A stretch of 32,000 bases of DNA from Eubacterium sp. GTDB lineage: Bacteria > Bacillota > Clostridia > Lachnospirales > Lachnospiraceae. The DNA is taken from NCBI GenBank assembly GCA_024698585.1, contig JAILRB010000040.1:13396-45395 (forward strand). Reading direction: 5' to 3'. The position numbers were made by a program, and so were the translations under genes. The notes under the pieces are model-generated. The model saw only the letters and a program-made list of their open reading frames with translations. It was not told the DNA's origin and did not search any database. Each line of letters opens with the position of its first letter. The first letter of the stretch is position 1. This document shows positions 8,057 through 17,211 of this stretch, in pieces.

Positions 8057-9913
8057 CTATTTCCATCGTTTTCTCAATTCATATGCCGCCATTTTCGGCT
8101 GTCTGTTTCGTGTAAACACACCTTTCTTGTTTCCATCTACACGGTTTAGTCCCTGCTTTGTCTGGAAGTCGCAATATGCCCACACATGTTCTCCAATCAT
8201 AAAGTCTAACTGGTCAAACTTCTTATGAAATTCATTCAGATATTCACACTGGAACTCTTCCGTAAATGCCACTGCTGGCAATTTATGATATCCTGCAATC
8301 GTATCCGCACCGTATTCACTAAGAATCACCGGCTTATGATACTTTTCATGCCATCGTCTCATTTCTTTTTCCAGCTGAAGTCCAATCACCTCTAAGTGAC
8401 TGTGATCCGTATACCATGCATAATAGCGGTTTACACAAATCACATCCAGCCACTGGCTAACCTTGTCTCCGTCTGCACCGGTGGTATGAACCATGGTAAC
8501 CGGTCTGGTGTCATCCAGTTCCTTCATTCGCTGAATGACTTTTTCAAAATACGGAACCGCCCCTTCTTCATGGGTTGCCGCCTCATTGGCCACACTCCAC
8601 ATTACCACACTCGGATGATTCTTATCTCTTTCGTAAACTTCCTGCAATGTATCCAGATGATGTTTCAACGTTTCTTCATTGACACGATTTCCACCAAACA
8701 CCTGTTGTCCATCCCAGAAACACATTCCCACTGCCGGTACTTCATCAATCACAACAAGGCCTTCCCGGTCCGCCAGCATCATATGTTCTTCTGAATACGG
8801 ATAATGAGAAGTTCTAAAGGAATTGGCTCCAATCCATTTCAACAGATTGAAATCTCGGATGTTTAATGCATCATCCAGACCCTTTCCGTGAATTTCACTA
8901 TCTTCATGGCGACCAAACCCTTTGAAATAAAATGGTCGTCCGTTAATCAGAAACCGATTCTCTGTGGTTTCAATTTCACGAATTCCGAAGGTTTCCGAAT
9001 AAACATCACTCTCTCCTTCAACCCGGAGCGTATATAAGTAGGCAGCTCCCGGATTCCAAAGAGTCGGATTTTCCAGTTTCAATTCTGCCTCATAGTTTCT
9101 CTTTCCATCTGTCTCAGTACAACGGAAACAGGTTTCCATGGCAATCACAGCTTCTGTTTCGTCCAGAACCATCACAGCCTTTACGCTATCTGTCGACTGA
9201 ATCTTTACCTTTACAACCGCACTGTCTGCTGTAGGCAATGTAGCACGTTCCACTTTTTTATAATCTTCCATGGTCAGCAATCTTCCTTCCGGACAATTAC
9301 TGTTTAGTCCTTCCACTTTTGTCTGAATGACAATATCTTCCATATACGTTTTCGGTGTCGTATATATTTTTACCGGTCTGTGAATCCCGGAATAATTGTA
9401 AAAATCAAAATAGGTTTCCTGAAAATGAAAACCGTCAGGATAACCATCTCCTTCTTTCGAAATCACCTCGCCACAAGGAATGCAGGTCCAATCCAGAACA
9501 TTACTTAACGCCACTGTTAAGCGATGATTTTCCAAGGTACTCTTTTCCATCATTTCCGTGATATCGACCTCGAAAGGAAGAAATCCTCCTTTATGATAAG
9601 CCACCTGCTTCCCATCCACATAAACATAGGCATGATGGGTTGCACTTCCGAAACGTAATACGATTCGTTTTCCATCCCAACTGTTCGGAATGATAAATTC
9701 CTTTTCATACCAGACATATCCGACATGTTCCTTACAGTTTGAATCTGTCAGCAAATCATTATAGCTGGCCGGGACTGCCATAGGAATCCAATCCTCCAGC
9801 GGTGCCTCAAACCATTTCTCTTCCATTCCAACATTTTTCTCGTCCAATTTGAACTTCCAGATTCCACTTAAGTTTTTCACTTCTCTGACTTTGTTTTCGA
9901 TTGGGTATAACAT
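8057..9913 (-). CDS. uidA: Beta-glucuronidase (GH2)
   Basis: The protein is collinear with E. coli UidA as I remember that sequence. Matching segments: MLYPIENKVREVKNLSGIWKF, FDFYNYSGIHRPV, FYFKGFGRHED, GANSFRTSHYPYSEE, HPSVVMWSVANE (acid/base Glu), LSEYGADT (nucleophile Glu) and the glucuronide-specific N-K motif DGNKKGVFTRNRQPK. Confidence 0.92.
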   Translation of the reverse strand: MLYPIENKVREVKNLSGIWKFKLDEKNVGMEEKWFEAPLEDWIPMAVPASYNDLLTDSNCKEHVGYVWYEKEFIIPNSWDGKRIVLRFGSATHHAYVYVDGKQVAYHKGGFLPFEVDITEMMEKSTLENHRLTVALSNVLDWTCIPCGEVISKEGDGYPDGFHFQETYFDFYNYSGIHRPVKIYTTPKTYMEDIVIQTKVEGLNSNCPEGRLLTMEDYKKVERATLPTADSAVVKVKIQSTDSVKAVMVLDETEAVIAMETCFRCTETDGKRNYEAELKLENPTLWNPGAAYLYTLRVEGESDVYSETFGIREIETTENRFLINGRPFYFKGFGRHEDSEIHGKGLDDALNIRDFNLLKWIGANSFRTSHYPYSEEHMMLADREGLVVIDEVPAVGMCFWDGQQVFGGNRVNEETLKHHLDTLQEVYERDKNHPSVVMWSVANEAATHEEGAVPYFEKVIQRMKELDDTRPVTMVHTTGADGDKVSQWLDVICVNRYYAWYTDHSHLEVIGLQLEKEMRRWHEKYHKPVILSEYGADTIAGYHKLPAVAFTEEFQCEYLNEFHKKFDQLDFMIGEHVWAYCDFQTKQGLNRVDGNKKGVFTRNRQPKMAAYELRKRWK

Positions 9914-9984
9914 TGTTTTTCTCCTTTTTTGTTATTCCACTCTAAACCCATTCCGATCCTGTGCCTCTCAGCATTCTATTAACA

Positions 9985-10013
9985 ACTATATGCTTTTTCC
10001 CCTTTCTTTTCAA
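9985..10013 (-). promoter_or_regulatory. Putative promoter of the beta-glucuronidase gene
   Basis: The minus strand has TTGAAA (10008-10013), a 17-nt spacer and TATAGT (9985-9990), about 70 nt upstream of the ATG. Confidence 0.35.
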
Positions 10014-10045
10014 GCAACTTTTTCCATTTTTCTCTTTCAATAAAC

Positions 10046-10082
10046 ATATAAAACCCCCGGTGCTAATCCGAGCCACCGGGGG
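10046..10082 (-). terminator. Rho-independent terminator after the flotillin gene
   Basis: A GC-rich 9-bp stem (cccccggtg 10054-10062 / caccggggg 10074-10082). On the minus strand it is followed by TTTTATATGTTT. An A-run on the other side could also make it work bidirectionally. Confidence 0.75.
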
Positions 10083-10147
10083 AAAAAATACTCCTATTGG
10101 TTATTTTTTTAAGTTTTTCATTATACCCATTTACTTTCCCTTAGAAG

Positions 10148-11659
10148 TTACTCTTCCACTTCTCCTAAGAAAGTAGTCCCAATTTCTTCATTCTTGCTAG
10201 AATTTCCTGCAATGTCATTGTTTTCATCCTCAACCTTTTCTTCGTTTTTGTCCTTTCCTAAGGACTGTGCGCCCATATACTGAGCTAATATTTCTTTTAA
10301 ATCTAATCCTGTGGAACCTTTAATTCCATCCGATACCTGATTCACTGTGTTCATAACGGAACCAACCATCTGTTCATTGTTTCCGGAACCGTACATTGTA
10401 ATGGAATCGATACCCGACAATGGTTCTGCAGCATTCTTAACAGCTTCCGGAAATGCCTTAAAGAACATTTCCAAGATGGCAGCTTCCCCATACTTCTGCA
10501 TCGCTTCAGCTTTCTTTTCAATACCTTCTGCTTCAGCCACAGCCTTTGCACGAATCGCTTCTGCTTCAGCAAGCCCTTTTGCGCGGATACCTTCGGCTTC
10601 CTGTTCTAATTCGTACTTCTTTGCTTCTGCGTCCTTCTTCCTCTGGAATAATTCTGCTTCCGCAGCCTGTTGCTTTGCAAACTTTTCAGCTTCTGCCTGC
10701 TTTCTGATTTCAGCGTCCAAAGACTGTTCCTTAACTGCTGCTTCCTTCTGCTTCAGGATTACATACTGTTCTTCCTTGGCGATATCAGCCTGTGCCTTCG
10801 TCGTTTCAATGGACTTTCTTTGTTCTTCCTGCTGGATGGAATAAGCTGCATCGGCTTCCGCCTGTTTAATATCAGCTTCCTTCTTTAATTCAGCCTTCTT
10901 AATATTCAGCTCATTGTTTCTCTCAGCAATCTGTCTTTCTGATTCAACGCTTGCATCATTTGCTTCCTTGTTTGCTTTTGCCTGGGCAATCTTAATATCT
11001 CTTTCTCCTTCGGCTCTTGCAATGGAAGCAGTTTTCTGAATCTGAACAATGTTATCAATACCTAAGTTTTCAATGACCTGATTTTCATCAATGAAGTTCT
11101 GTACATTGAAACTTACAATATCAAGTCCCATTGCTGCCAGATCCGGCTCAGCATTTTCTTTTACAAGAGATGCGAATTTCTGTCGGTCGGAAACCATTTC
11201 CTCCAATCTCATCTTACCAACGATTTCCCTTGTATTACCTTCCAAAACACTTTTTGCGACACTACCAATATAGTCCGTGTCCTTATTCAGAAAGTTCTGA
11301 GAAGCAAGTTTTAATCGTTCTGGATTATCACTGATTTTCACATTGACCGCAGCATCCACATTAACGTTAATGTAATCTGCTGTTGGAACACTGCTCGCCG
11401 TTTTCACATCGATTGGAATCAGTCGTAAATTCAACTCGTCCTTCTTCTCCAAGAAAGGAATTTTAATTCCGGCTTTTCCAATTAAGTATTTTGGCTTTTT
11501 TCTCAATCCAGAAATGATGTAAGCGGTGTCCGGCGAAGCCTTCACATAACCACTTACGATGATTCCGATGAGAATGATTACCAAAATTCCAATTGCAATA
11601 TGCGGCCAGTATGTAGCTAACATATCAAGAAATCCATCATCCATCATGCTTTCATCCAT
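10148..11659 (-). CDS. Flotillin-family (SPFH/band-7) membrane-microdomain protein
   Basis: An N-terminal TM helix (WPHIAIGILVIILIGIIVSGYV) and an SPFH domain. A long Ala/Glu/Lys-rich coiled coil follows (..AEAEKFAKQQAAEAELFQRKKDAEAKKYELEQEAEGIRAKGLAEAEAIRAKAVAEAEGIEKKAEAM..), as in FloT/YuaG-type flotillins. AGGAGAA RBS before the ATG at 11657-11659. Confidence 0.88.
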   Translation of the reverse strand: MDESMMDDGFLDMLATYWPHIAIGILVIILIGIIVSGYVKASPDTAYIISGLRKKPKYLIGKAGIKIPFLEKKDELNLRLIPIDVKTASSVPTADYINVNVDAAVNVKISDNPERLKLASQNFLNKDTDYIGSVAKSVLEGNTREIVGKMRLEEMVSDRQKFASLVKENAEPDLAAMGLDIVSFNVQNFIDENQVIENLGIDNIVQIQKTASIARAEGERDIKIAQAKANKEANDASVESERQIAERNNELNIKKAELKKEADIKQAEADAAYSIQQEEQRKSIETTKAQADIAKEEQYVILKQKEAAVKEQSLDAEIRKQAEAEKFAKQQAAEAELFQRKKDAEAKKYELEQEAEGIRAKGLAEAEAIRAKAVAEAEGIEKKAEAMQKYGEAAILEMFFKAFPEAVKNAAEPLSGIDSITMYGSGNNEQMVGSVMNTVNQVSDGIKGSTGLDLKEILAQYMGAQSLGKDKNEEKVEDENNDIAGNSSKNEEIGTTFLGEVEE

Positions 11660-11689
11660 AATGTTCTCCTTTCGTCTTAAGTAAAATTT

Positions 11690-11713
11690 TTAAGTTTTCC
11701 TTGGAAAACTTAA
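11690..11713. promoter_or_regulatory. 24-bp perfect palindrome (candidate operator) in the flotillin/XRE divergent intergenic region
   Basis: TTAAGTTTTCC-TT-GGAAAACTTAA: 11-bp arms with a 2-bp spacer and no mismatches. It is flanked by outer TCTTAAG (11675-11681) / CTTAAGA (11718-11724) half-sites. Confidence 0.5.
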
Positions 11714-11841
11714 CTACCTTAAGAACTTTCTTTTATTTTCAACACGTTTAGTATATAATGAGGGATGTGCCGATTAAATGGTTTGATTAGCGAAATAGAA
11801 GTGCTTATTTCCGCTAAAATTGCGAAATAACAGAATGGAGT

Positions 11842-12324
11842 ATGTTTATGGGTAAAAAGTCCACAAAAGAGAATAAAACGATCTATCAGACAACTCGTGA
11901 AGAATTAGGATTAACCAGAGATAAGGCTAGCGAACTCCTTGGTTGCCTCTCTTCAGATCGTATCGAAAAAATAGAAAGTGAAAAATCCATGGCTCATCCG
12001 GATGAAATTCTTGCCATGGCAGAAGGTTATAAAATGCCTACTCTTTGTAATTATTACTGTTCCCATGAATGTCCCATTGGTGAAAAATATGTTCCGGAAG
12101 TGTCCAAGCGGGAATTATCCGGCATTGTATTGGAAATGCTTGCTTCTTTGAATTCTATGGATAGGCTGAAAGAACGATTAATTGAAATCACCGCCGACGG
12201 CGAGATTACCGAAGATGAATATGAAGATTTTACACGCATCCAGGAGGAATTAGAAAAGATATCCATTTCCGTGGAATCTCTTCAAATTTGGATGGAGACT
12301 ACCCTTGCTAAACGAAAGGCATAG
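11842..12324 (+). CDS. XRE-family helix-turn-helix transcriptional regulator
   Basis: N-terminal HTH (TREELGLTRDKASELLGCLSSDRIEKIESEK), then a Cys cluster (CNYYCSHEC) and an acidic helical C-terminus. The real start may be the second ATG at 11848, which lies 7 nt after GGAG. Confidence 0.8.
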   Translation: MFMGKKSTKENKTIYQTTREELGLTRDKASELLGCLSSDRIEKIESEKSMAHPDEILAMAEGYKMPTLCNYYCSHECPIGEKYVPEVSKRELSGIVLEMLASLNSMDRLKERLIEITADGEITEDEYEDFTRIQEELEKISISVESLQIWMETTLAKRKA

Positions 12325-12329
12325 ATGAA

Positions 12330-12367
12330 GAGAGGAACCTGTTTCAAACAAGTTCCTCTCCTTTTAT
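12330..12367. terminator. Bidirectional terminator between convergent genes
   Basis: The stem gagaggaac (12330-12338) / gttcctctc (12352-12360) has additional inner pairing (tgttt/aaaca). It is followed by CTTTTAT on the plus strand. It sits between the XRE stop codon (12324) and the serine-hydrolase stop codon (12364). Confidence 0.6.
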
Positions 12368-13248
12368 AATTCCTGAATCCAGCTCCAGACCTCAGAGAAC
12401 ATGTCCCCTTCGCTCAGCGACTGAACACTAACCACCATTTCTTTCTCTGGCAGGATGATAATATATTGTCCATACTTTCCATCTGCCCGGAAACCTGTAC
12501 CGTCCGGATTCATCCAGAACTGGAATCCATATTTCAAATCCCATTCTTCCGGCATCTGGTTCTTTGTTGCCATATCCAGATACTCCTTTGACACAATCCG
12601 CTTTCCGTCAAAAACCCCACCATTTAAAACCATCTCTCCAAAGTTTCCAAACTCATCAATGGTTAGATACAGACCATTGGCCGCATGAATATGCTTCTTC
12701 GGACAACGGGTCCAATCAGGACTATAAATCTTTAGTGGCGTAAACAATCTTGGAGTTAAATATTCCATGATATCCATCCCTGCTTTCTTTTCAATCAGAC
12801 ACCCTAGCATATATGTATTGAAGTTACAATATAAAAAGCGTTCACCTGGCTCAAACGGAAATTCCTGTGAAAAGAAATAATCAATCCAATCTTCCGTCAC
12901 ATAACGTTCGGGATCATTGTCAAAGAATAACGGATTTTCCACACCGGTTGTCATTGTCAGCAGATGTCTCACCGTTAAGTTCAGCAAATTCTCCGAAGGG
13001 TTTTTCGGCAGATATTCCCGAAAACTATCGCAAATTTTTTCCTCCAACGTCAACAGTCCCTCATCCATTGCAATTCCGACTGCCACAGAGATAAAACTCT
13101 TACTGACAGACCATGTATTTAATCTGCTTTTTCTATTTAATCGGCCCCAGTCAAAAATGATTTCACCTTTCTGTCTGACCTGTACATAATTGATCACCTT
13201 CTCCTGCTGCTTCATTCGTTCAATGAATCTTTCAAAACTCTTTTCCAT
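12364..13248 (-). CDS. Serine hydrolase, beta-lactamase/PBP4*-like family (class C fold)
   Basis: SxxK motif in LNTWSVSKSFISVAVGIAMDEG and a YxN motif in FLYCNFNTYMLG. The start is set at the ATG at 13246-13248 (MEKSFERF..). The ORF-track start at 13335 is a TTG that overlaps the end of murA. Confidence 0.78.
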   Translation of the reverse strand: MEKSFERFIERMKQQEKVINYVQVRQKGEIIFDWGRLNRKSRLNTWSVSKSFISVAVGIAMDEGLLTLEEKICDSFREYLPKNPSENLLNLTVRHLLTMTTGVENPLFFDNDPERYVTEDWIDYFFSQEFPFEPGERFLYCNFNTYMLGCLIEKKAGMDIMEYLTPRLFTPLKIYSPDWTRCPKKHIHAANGLYLTIDEFGNFGEMVLNGGVFDGKRIVSKEYLDMATKNQMPEEWDLKYGFQFWMNPDGTGFRADGKYGQYIIILPEKEMVVSVQSLSEGDMFSEVWSWIQEL

Positions 13249-13327
13249 CTGCTTCTTCCCTTCTTTTTTCAGAATGCATTTTTTTATAATAAAAGAATCA
13301 AGCGCATCGCACTTGATTCTTTTATTA

Positions 13328-14620
13328 TCAACCAACTTTTAATTTAAAACGCTGCTCGTCTTTATCTGTGTCAACTTTTTCAATAATTGCACCCAGTCCT
13401 GCAAGTTTTTCTTCAAACTTCTCGTAGCCTCTCTGGATGTAAACAATATCGTCTACTTCTGTGAAACCGTTTGCTGCAAGTCCTGCAATTACTAATGCCG
13501 CACCTGCTCTTAAGTCCGGTGCACTTACCTGAGCGCCTTCTAATCCGCCGACGCCGGAAATAAATGCTGTATTTCCTTCGACCTTAATCATAGCACCCAT
13601 ACGGTTTAATTCATCCACATATTTAAATCTGTTTTCAAAAATGCTTTCAGTAACCATGCTGCTTCCGTTTGCTAACGCAAGACAAACCGCCATCTGCGGC
13701 TGCATATCTGTCGGAAATCCAGGATATGGAAGTGTCTTAACCTTCGCACCGGTCATTCCGTCATTCCCCTTAACTTTCACTGCATCATCATATTCAATGA
13801 CAGTACAGCCCATTTCGACCAATTTTGCTGAAATACATTCCAAATGCTTTGGAATCACATTTTTTACTAATACTTCTCCACCGGTAGCTGCAGCGGCACA
13901 CATAAACGTTCCTGCTTCGATCTGATCCGGAATCGTGGAATACACAGTTCCGTGAAGCTGTGGCACACCGACGATACGAATCTTATCAGTACCAGCACCA
14001 CGAACATTTGCTCCCATACTATTTAACATATTCGCCACATCTACGATATGTGGCTCCTTCGCAGCATTCTCAATAATTGTCTTTCCTTCTGCATTTACTG
14101 CAGCGAGCATAATATTAATTGTCGCTCCAACAGAAGCAAAATCAAGGAAAATATTATTTCCCACTAAACGATCTGTTTTCGCGTTTACCATTCCATGGTC
14201 GGTAACAACATCAGCTCCTAAAGCTGAAAATCCTTTCAGATGTAAATCAATCGGTCTGCTTCCGATATCACATCCTCCCGGAAGAGCAACTTCTGCTTTT
14301 CCGAATTTTCCAAGTAATGCACCTAATAAATAATAAGATGCTCTGATTTTCTTCATCTGCTCATATTCAACAATATGAGAATAAATCGTCTTTCCGTTAA
14401 TCGTCACGGTGTGTCTGTCATTTCTAGTAACAGTTGCACCTATATTTTCTATTGCATTAATCAACTGATTAATATCGCTTACATCCGGTAAATTCTCTAT
14501 AGTCACGTCTTCATCTGCCATGATTGCTGCGGCCAATAATCCTAATGCAGCATTTTTTGCTCCGCCGATTTCGACTTCACCTTCTAATGCTACGCCGCCC
14601 TTCATTATATAACGTTCCAT
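13328..14620 (-). CDS. murA: UDP-N-acetylglucosamine 1-carboxyvinyltransferase
   Basis: GGAKNAALGLLAAA, the catalytic-Cys loop LPGGCDIGSRPIDLHLKG, and FPTDMQPQ. The start is set at the ATG at 14618-14620, after an AGGAG RBS. The ORF track begins at a GTG two codons upstream. Confidence 0.95.
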   Translation of the reverse strand: MERYIMKGGVALEGEVEIGGAKNAALGLLAAAIMADEDVTIENLPDVSDINQLINAIENIGATVTRNDRHTVTINGKTIYSHIVEYEQMKKIRASYYLLGALLGKFGKAEVALPGGCDIGSRPIDLHLKGFSALGADVVTDHGMVNAKTDRLVGNNIFLDFASVGATINIMLAAVNAEGKTIIENAAKEPHIVDVANMLNSMGANVRGAGTDKIRIVGVPQLHGTVYSTIPDQIEAGTFMCAAAATGGEVLVKNVIPKHLECISAKLVEMGCTVIEYDDAVKVKGNDGMTGAKVKTLPYPGFPTDMQPQMAVCLALANGSSMVTESIFENRFKYVDELNRMGAMIKVEGNTAFISGVGGLEGAQVSAPDLRAGAALVIAGLAANGFTEVDDIVYIQRGYEKFEEKLAGLGAIIEKVDTDKDEQRFKLKVG

Positions 14621-14725
14621 ATTCACTCCTGATATCTATGTATAATTCTCACAGTTCCAAAACTGCTTTCCAATAATTCCTTATGTCTAATTCATCGGTA
14701 AATGTGTGAACACACACTTTAAGAT

Positions 14726-14753
14726 ATTATAACACAATATCTTCCTTTGTAAA
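14726..14753 (-). promoter_or_regulatory. Putative extended -10 promoter for murA
   Basis: The minus strand has TTTACA (14748-14753), a 16-nt spacer ending in TGT, and TATAAT (14726-14731). Confidence 0.5.
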
Positions 14754-14855
14754 CCACTGAAAGCACAATCTCTTGGTTTTCGAGGTTGTTTTTTTGTGTA
14801 AATCTTACAATAACACCCGCCATCCCCTAAAAAAAACAAGGGTTTCTAAGGCAAT

Positions 14856-15383
14856 TTATACATTTGCACCGTATTCCTTTTCCAACGTATCCACAATCTT
14901 TTCAATGGTCTTTTCAACAGTGCATCGATGTTCATTCACCGTAAAATCTGCATATTTTTCATATAATGGAACACGTTCCTTATAAAGGTCACTGAGACGC
15001 TGTCCTTCTTTTAATACCACACCACGTTTTTTCAGATTGCCCAATCGCCTGCGCAACGCACCCAGTTCCAGCTCCAAATAAATTACCGTGGCAATTTCCT
15101 TTAGATGTTCCATGGCTTCCTTCCCATACACCACACTTCCTCCGGTTGCAATAACTGTTTTTGTAGTGTTAATAGATTGGTTCACTTCATTTTCTATCTG
15201 AACAAAGCCGTCAATTCCTTTTTCTGCAATGATTTCCTTAAGTAGCTTTCCTTCTCTTTCCTGAATCAACAGATCCGCATCCACGAACCGATACCCCAGA
15301 ATTTTTGCCAGGATAACGCCAATGGTACTTTTTCCTACCCCCGGCATTCCTATTAATACAATATTATCTTTCATCTTCTTCAT
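14856..15383 (-). CDS. aroK: Shikimate kinase
   Basis: Walker A motif LIGMPGVGKSTIG. The size (~175 aa) and layout are typical of AroK (..VDADLLIQEREGK.., ATGGSVV). The start codon overlaps the 3' end of dinB. Confidence 0.9.
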   Translation of the reverse strand: MKKMKDNIVLIGMPGVGKSTIGVILAKILGYRFVDADLLIQEREGKLLKEIIAEKGIDGFVQIENEVNQSINTTKTVIATGGSVVYGKEAMEHLKEIATVIYLELELGALRRRLGNLKKRGVVLKEGQRLSDLYKERVPLYEKYADFTVNEHRCTVEKTIEKIVDTLEKEYGANV

Positions 15384-16605
15384 TGTTTTGATCCTCTATC
15401 ATACTGGCACGCATAATCGCTGACCTGCCATATTTTGTTTTTATTTGATCCAATGCCTGATCTAATTGTTTTAGCTTTTCATCAGACGGACCTGTTTTTT
15501 GTTTCCTTGTTTCTTTATTCCAAAAGTCATTCAGTTCTAACTGTTCCGGCTCAGTGACATCAATTAAATTCGTTACTCGGACTCCCAGTAACCGGACCGG
15601 TTTTCCACTCCAGTTTTCCCGAAACAACTCCCGGACGCTTTCATAAATCACCGTGCCGGAATCCACACCCTTTCCAAAAGTTTCCTGCTTGGACGTCTTC
15701 TTGAAGTCATTGTATTTCACCTCTACCGCCACAGTCTTTCCTTTTTGTTCCAACTTCCGGAGCCTGCCGCCCACCTTATCGGATAACTGTAACAGAACTT
15801 TATCAATCTCTTCTAATTGGGTATAGTCCTTTGATAACGTAATGGAGTTTCCTACACCTTTTGCCTCTTCACGAACCGGCTGCACTTCACTGTCGTCAAT
15901 TCCATTGGCAAACTGCCACAGTAAAACACCATGGCTCTTTAAATGAGATTCTAAAACCGGAACGGAACTTTGCGCTAAATCTCCAATCGTAAAAATCCCC
16001 AGTTTATGCAATGTTTCCACGCTGGATTTTCCTGCCATGAATAAATCCTCCACCGGCAGTTTCCACATTTTTTCCTGAATTTCACTTCGATACAACGTAT
16101 GAATTTTATCCGGTTTTTCAAAATCGGAAGCCATCTTTGCCAAAACCTTCACGTCAGAAATTCCGATATTTACGGTAAATCCCAGTTCCTTGCGAATGTG
16201 ATTTTTAATATGATAGGCAGCCACAATCGGAGAGTCAAAGGAGTTTTCAATACTTGAATAGTCCATATAACACTCATCCACGCTGACCTGTTCAATTCTT
16301 GGGGTGTAACTTCTCAGTAAGTCCATTAGCTTACGACTTTGTTCTTGATAATACTGATGTTCCGGTGGAACGATTAAAAGATCAGGACACTTATTCCTTG
16401 CCGATGCAATGGTTTCTGCTGTACGAATTCCATACCGTTTCGCAGGAATTGACTTCGCAACAACAATTCCATGGCGTGTTTCCTGATCTCCTCCAATCAC
16501 TGCCGGAACCTTGCGGATATCCAAGGTGCTTCCTTCCCGAAGCATTTTCACCGCGGTCCAGCTAAGGAATGCCGAATTCACATCAATATGAAATATTATT
16601 TTCAT
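15364..16605 (-). CDS. dinB: DNA polymerase IV (Y-family translesion polymerase)
   Basis: MKIIFHIDVNSAFLS (catalytic Asp), SVDECYMD, and the little-finger region (GKTVAVEVKYNDFK..VRLLGVRVTNL). Confidence 0.9.
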   Translation of the reverse strand: MKIIFHIDVNSAFLSWTAVKMLREGSTLDIRKVPAVIGGDQETRHGIVVAKSIPAKRYGIRTAETIASARNKCPDLLIVPPEHQYYQEQSRKLMDLLRSYTPRIEQVSVDECYMDYSSIENSFDSPIVAAYHIKNHIRKELGFTVNIGISDVKVLAKMASDFEKPDKIHTLYRSEIQEKMWKLPVEDLFMAGKSSVETLHKLGIFTIGDLAQSSVPVLESHLKSHGVLLWQFANGIDDSEVQPVREEAKGVGNSITLSKDYTQLEEIDKVLLQLSDKVGGRLRKLEQKGKTVAVEVKYNDFKKTSKQETFGKGVDSGTVIYESVRELFRENWSGKPVRLLGVRVTNLIDVTEPEQLELNDFWNKETRKQKTGPSDEKLKQLDQALDQIKTKYGRSAIMRASMIEDQNNEEDER

Positions 16606-16631
16606 TCTGCCACTCCTTTTATCTGTAACCT

Positions 16632-17201
16632 CTATTTCTTCTTTTTCTGAACAGAATATCCGAATTTTCCAAGATATTCTCCGGTTTCAAAATACTGTCC
16701 ATGAGAATAAATTAATGGATTCGCCTTTTGTAAATCAAATTTTCCTGTTTCATCCATATATTGTTCATCTGCATGAACACAAAGAACCTTTCCCAGGAAC
16801 ATGTCATGACTTCCGCAAGGAATGACCTGTGTCACTTCGCATTCAATATTCACCGGACTTTCCTTGATTAACGGAGCCTTCACATAAGTAGCTTTTTCCC
16901 GGGTCAATTTTGCCGTCTTAAATTTATCTTCATCCTTTCCGGATTTCACTCCACAGTAATCTGTGGCAAATGCCAGGTCCTTCGTAGTCAGATTTATTAC
17001 AAACTGACCTGTTTCCTGAATCATCTTGTAGGAATGTCTGGATGGGCGAATGGATACATATGCCATCGCTGGATTTGTACAAACGGTTCCGGTCCACGCT
17101 ACAGTCAAGACATTGTCATTGCCTTGATTATCTGCTACGGTTACCAACACAGCCGGAATCGGATAAATCATGTTTCCTGCTTTCCATGTCTGCTTTGCCA
17201 T
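16632..17201 (-). CDS. Flavin reductase-like FMN-binding (split-barrel) protein
   Basis: PIPAVLVTV..NVLTVAWTGTVCTNPAMAYVSIRPSRHSYKMIQETGQFVINL is characteristic of the flavin_reduct family. It lies 10 nt downstream of the preceding gene. Confidence 0.82.
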   Translation of the reverse strand: MAKQTWKAGNMIYPIPAVLVTVADNQGNDNVLTVAWTGTVCTNPAMAYVSIRPSRHSYKMIQETGQFVINLTTKDLAFATDYCGVKSGKDEDKFKTAKLTREKATYVKAPLIKESPVNIECEVTQVIPCGSHDMFLGKVLCVHADEQYMDETGKFDLQKANPLIYSHGQYFETGEYLGKFGYSVQKKKK

Positions 17202-17211
17202 GATAATTCTC

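Noticed and set aside
10347-10844. A 165-aa plus-strand Ala/Ser-rich ORF inside the flotillin gene.
   Set aside because: It is antisense to the Ala/Glu/Lys coiled-coil coding region. The flotillin frame has clear SPFH and flotillin features.
13249-13335. A longer version of the serine-hydrolase ORF starting at a TTG (13335) and overlapping the murA stop codon.
   Set aside because: The extension (MVDNKRIKCDALDSFIIKK..) has no RBS and starts at a TTG. The ATG at 13248 is preceded by a purine-rich RBS-like stretch and gives a typical N-terminus. This is uncertain and needs N-terminal proteomics or homologue alignment.
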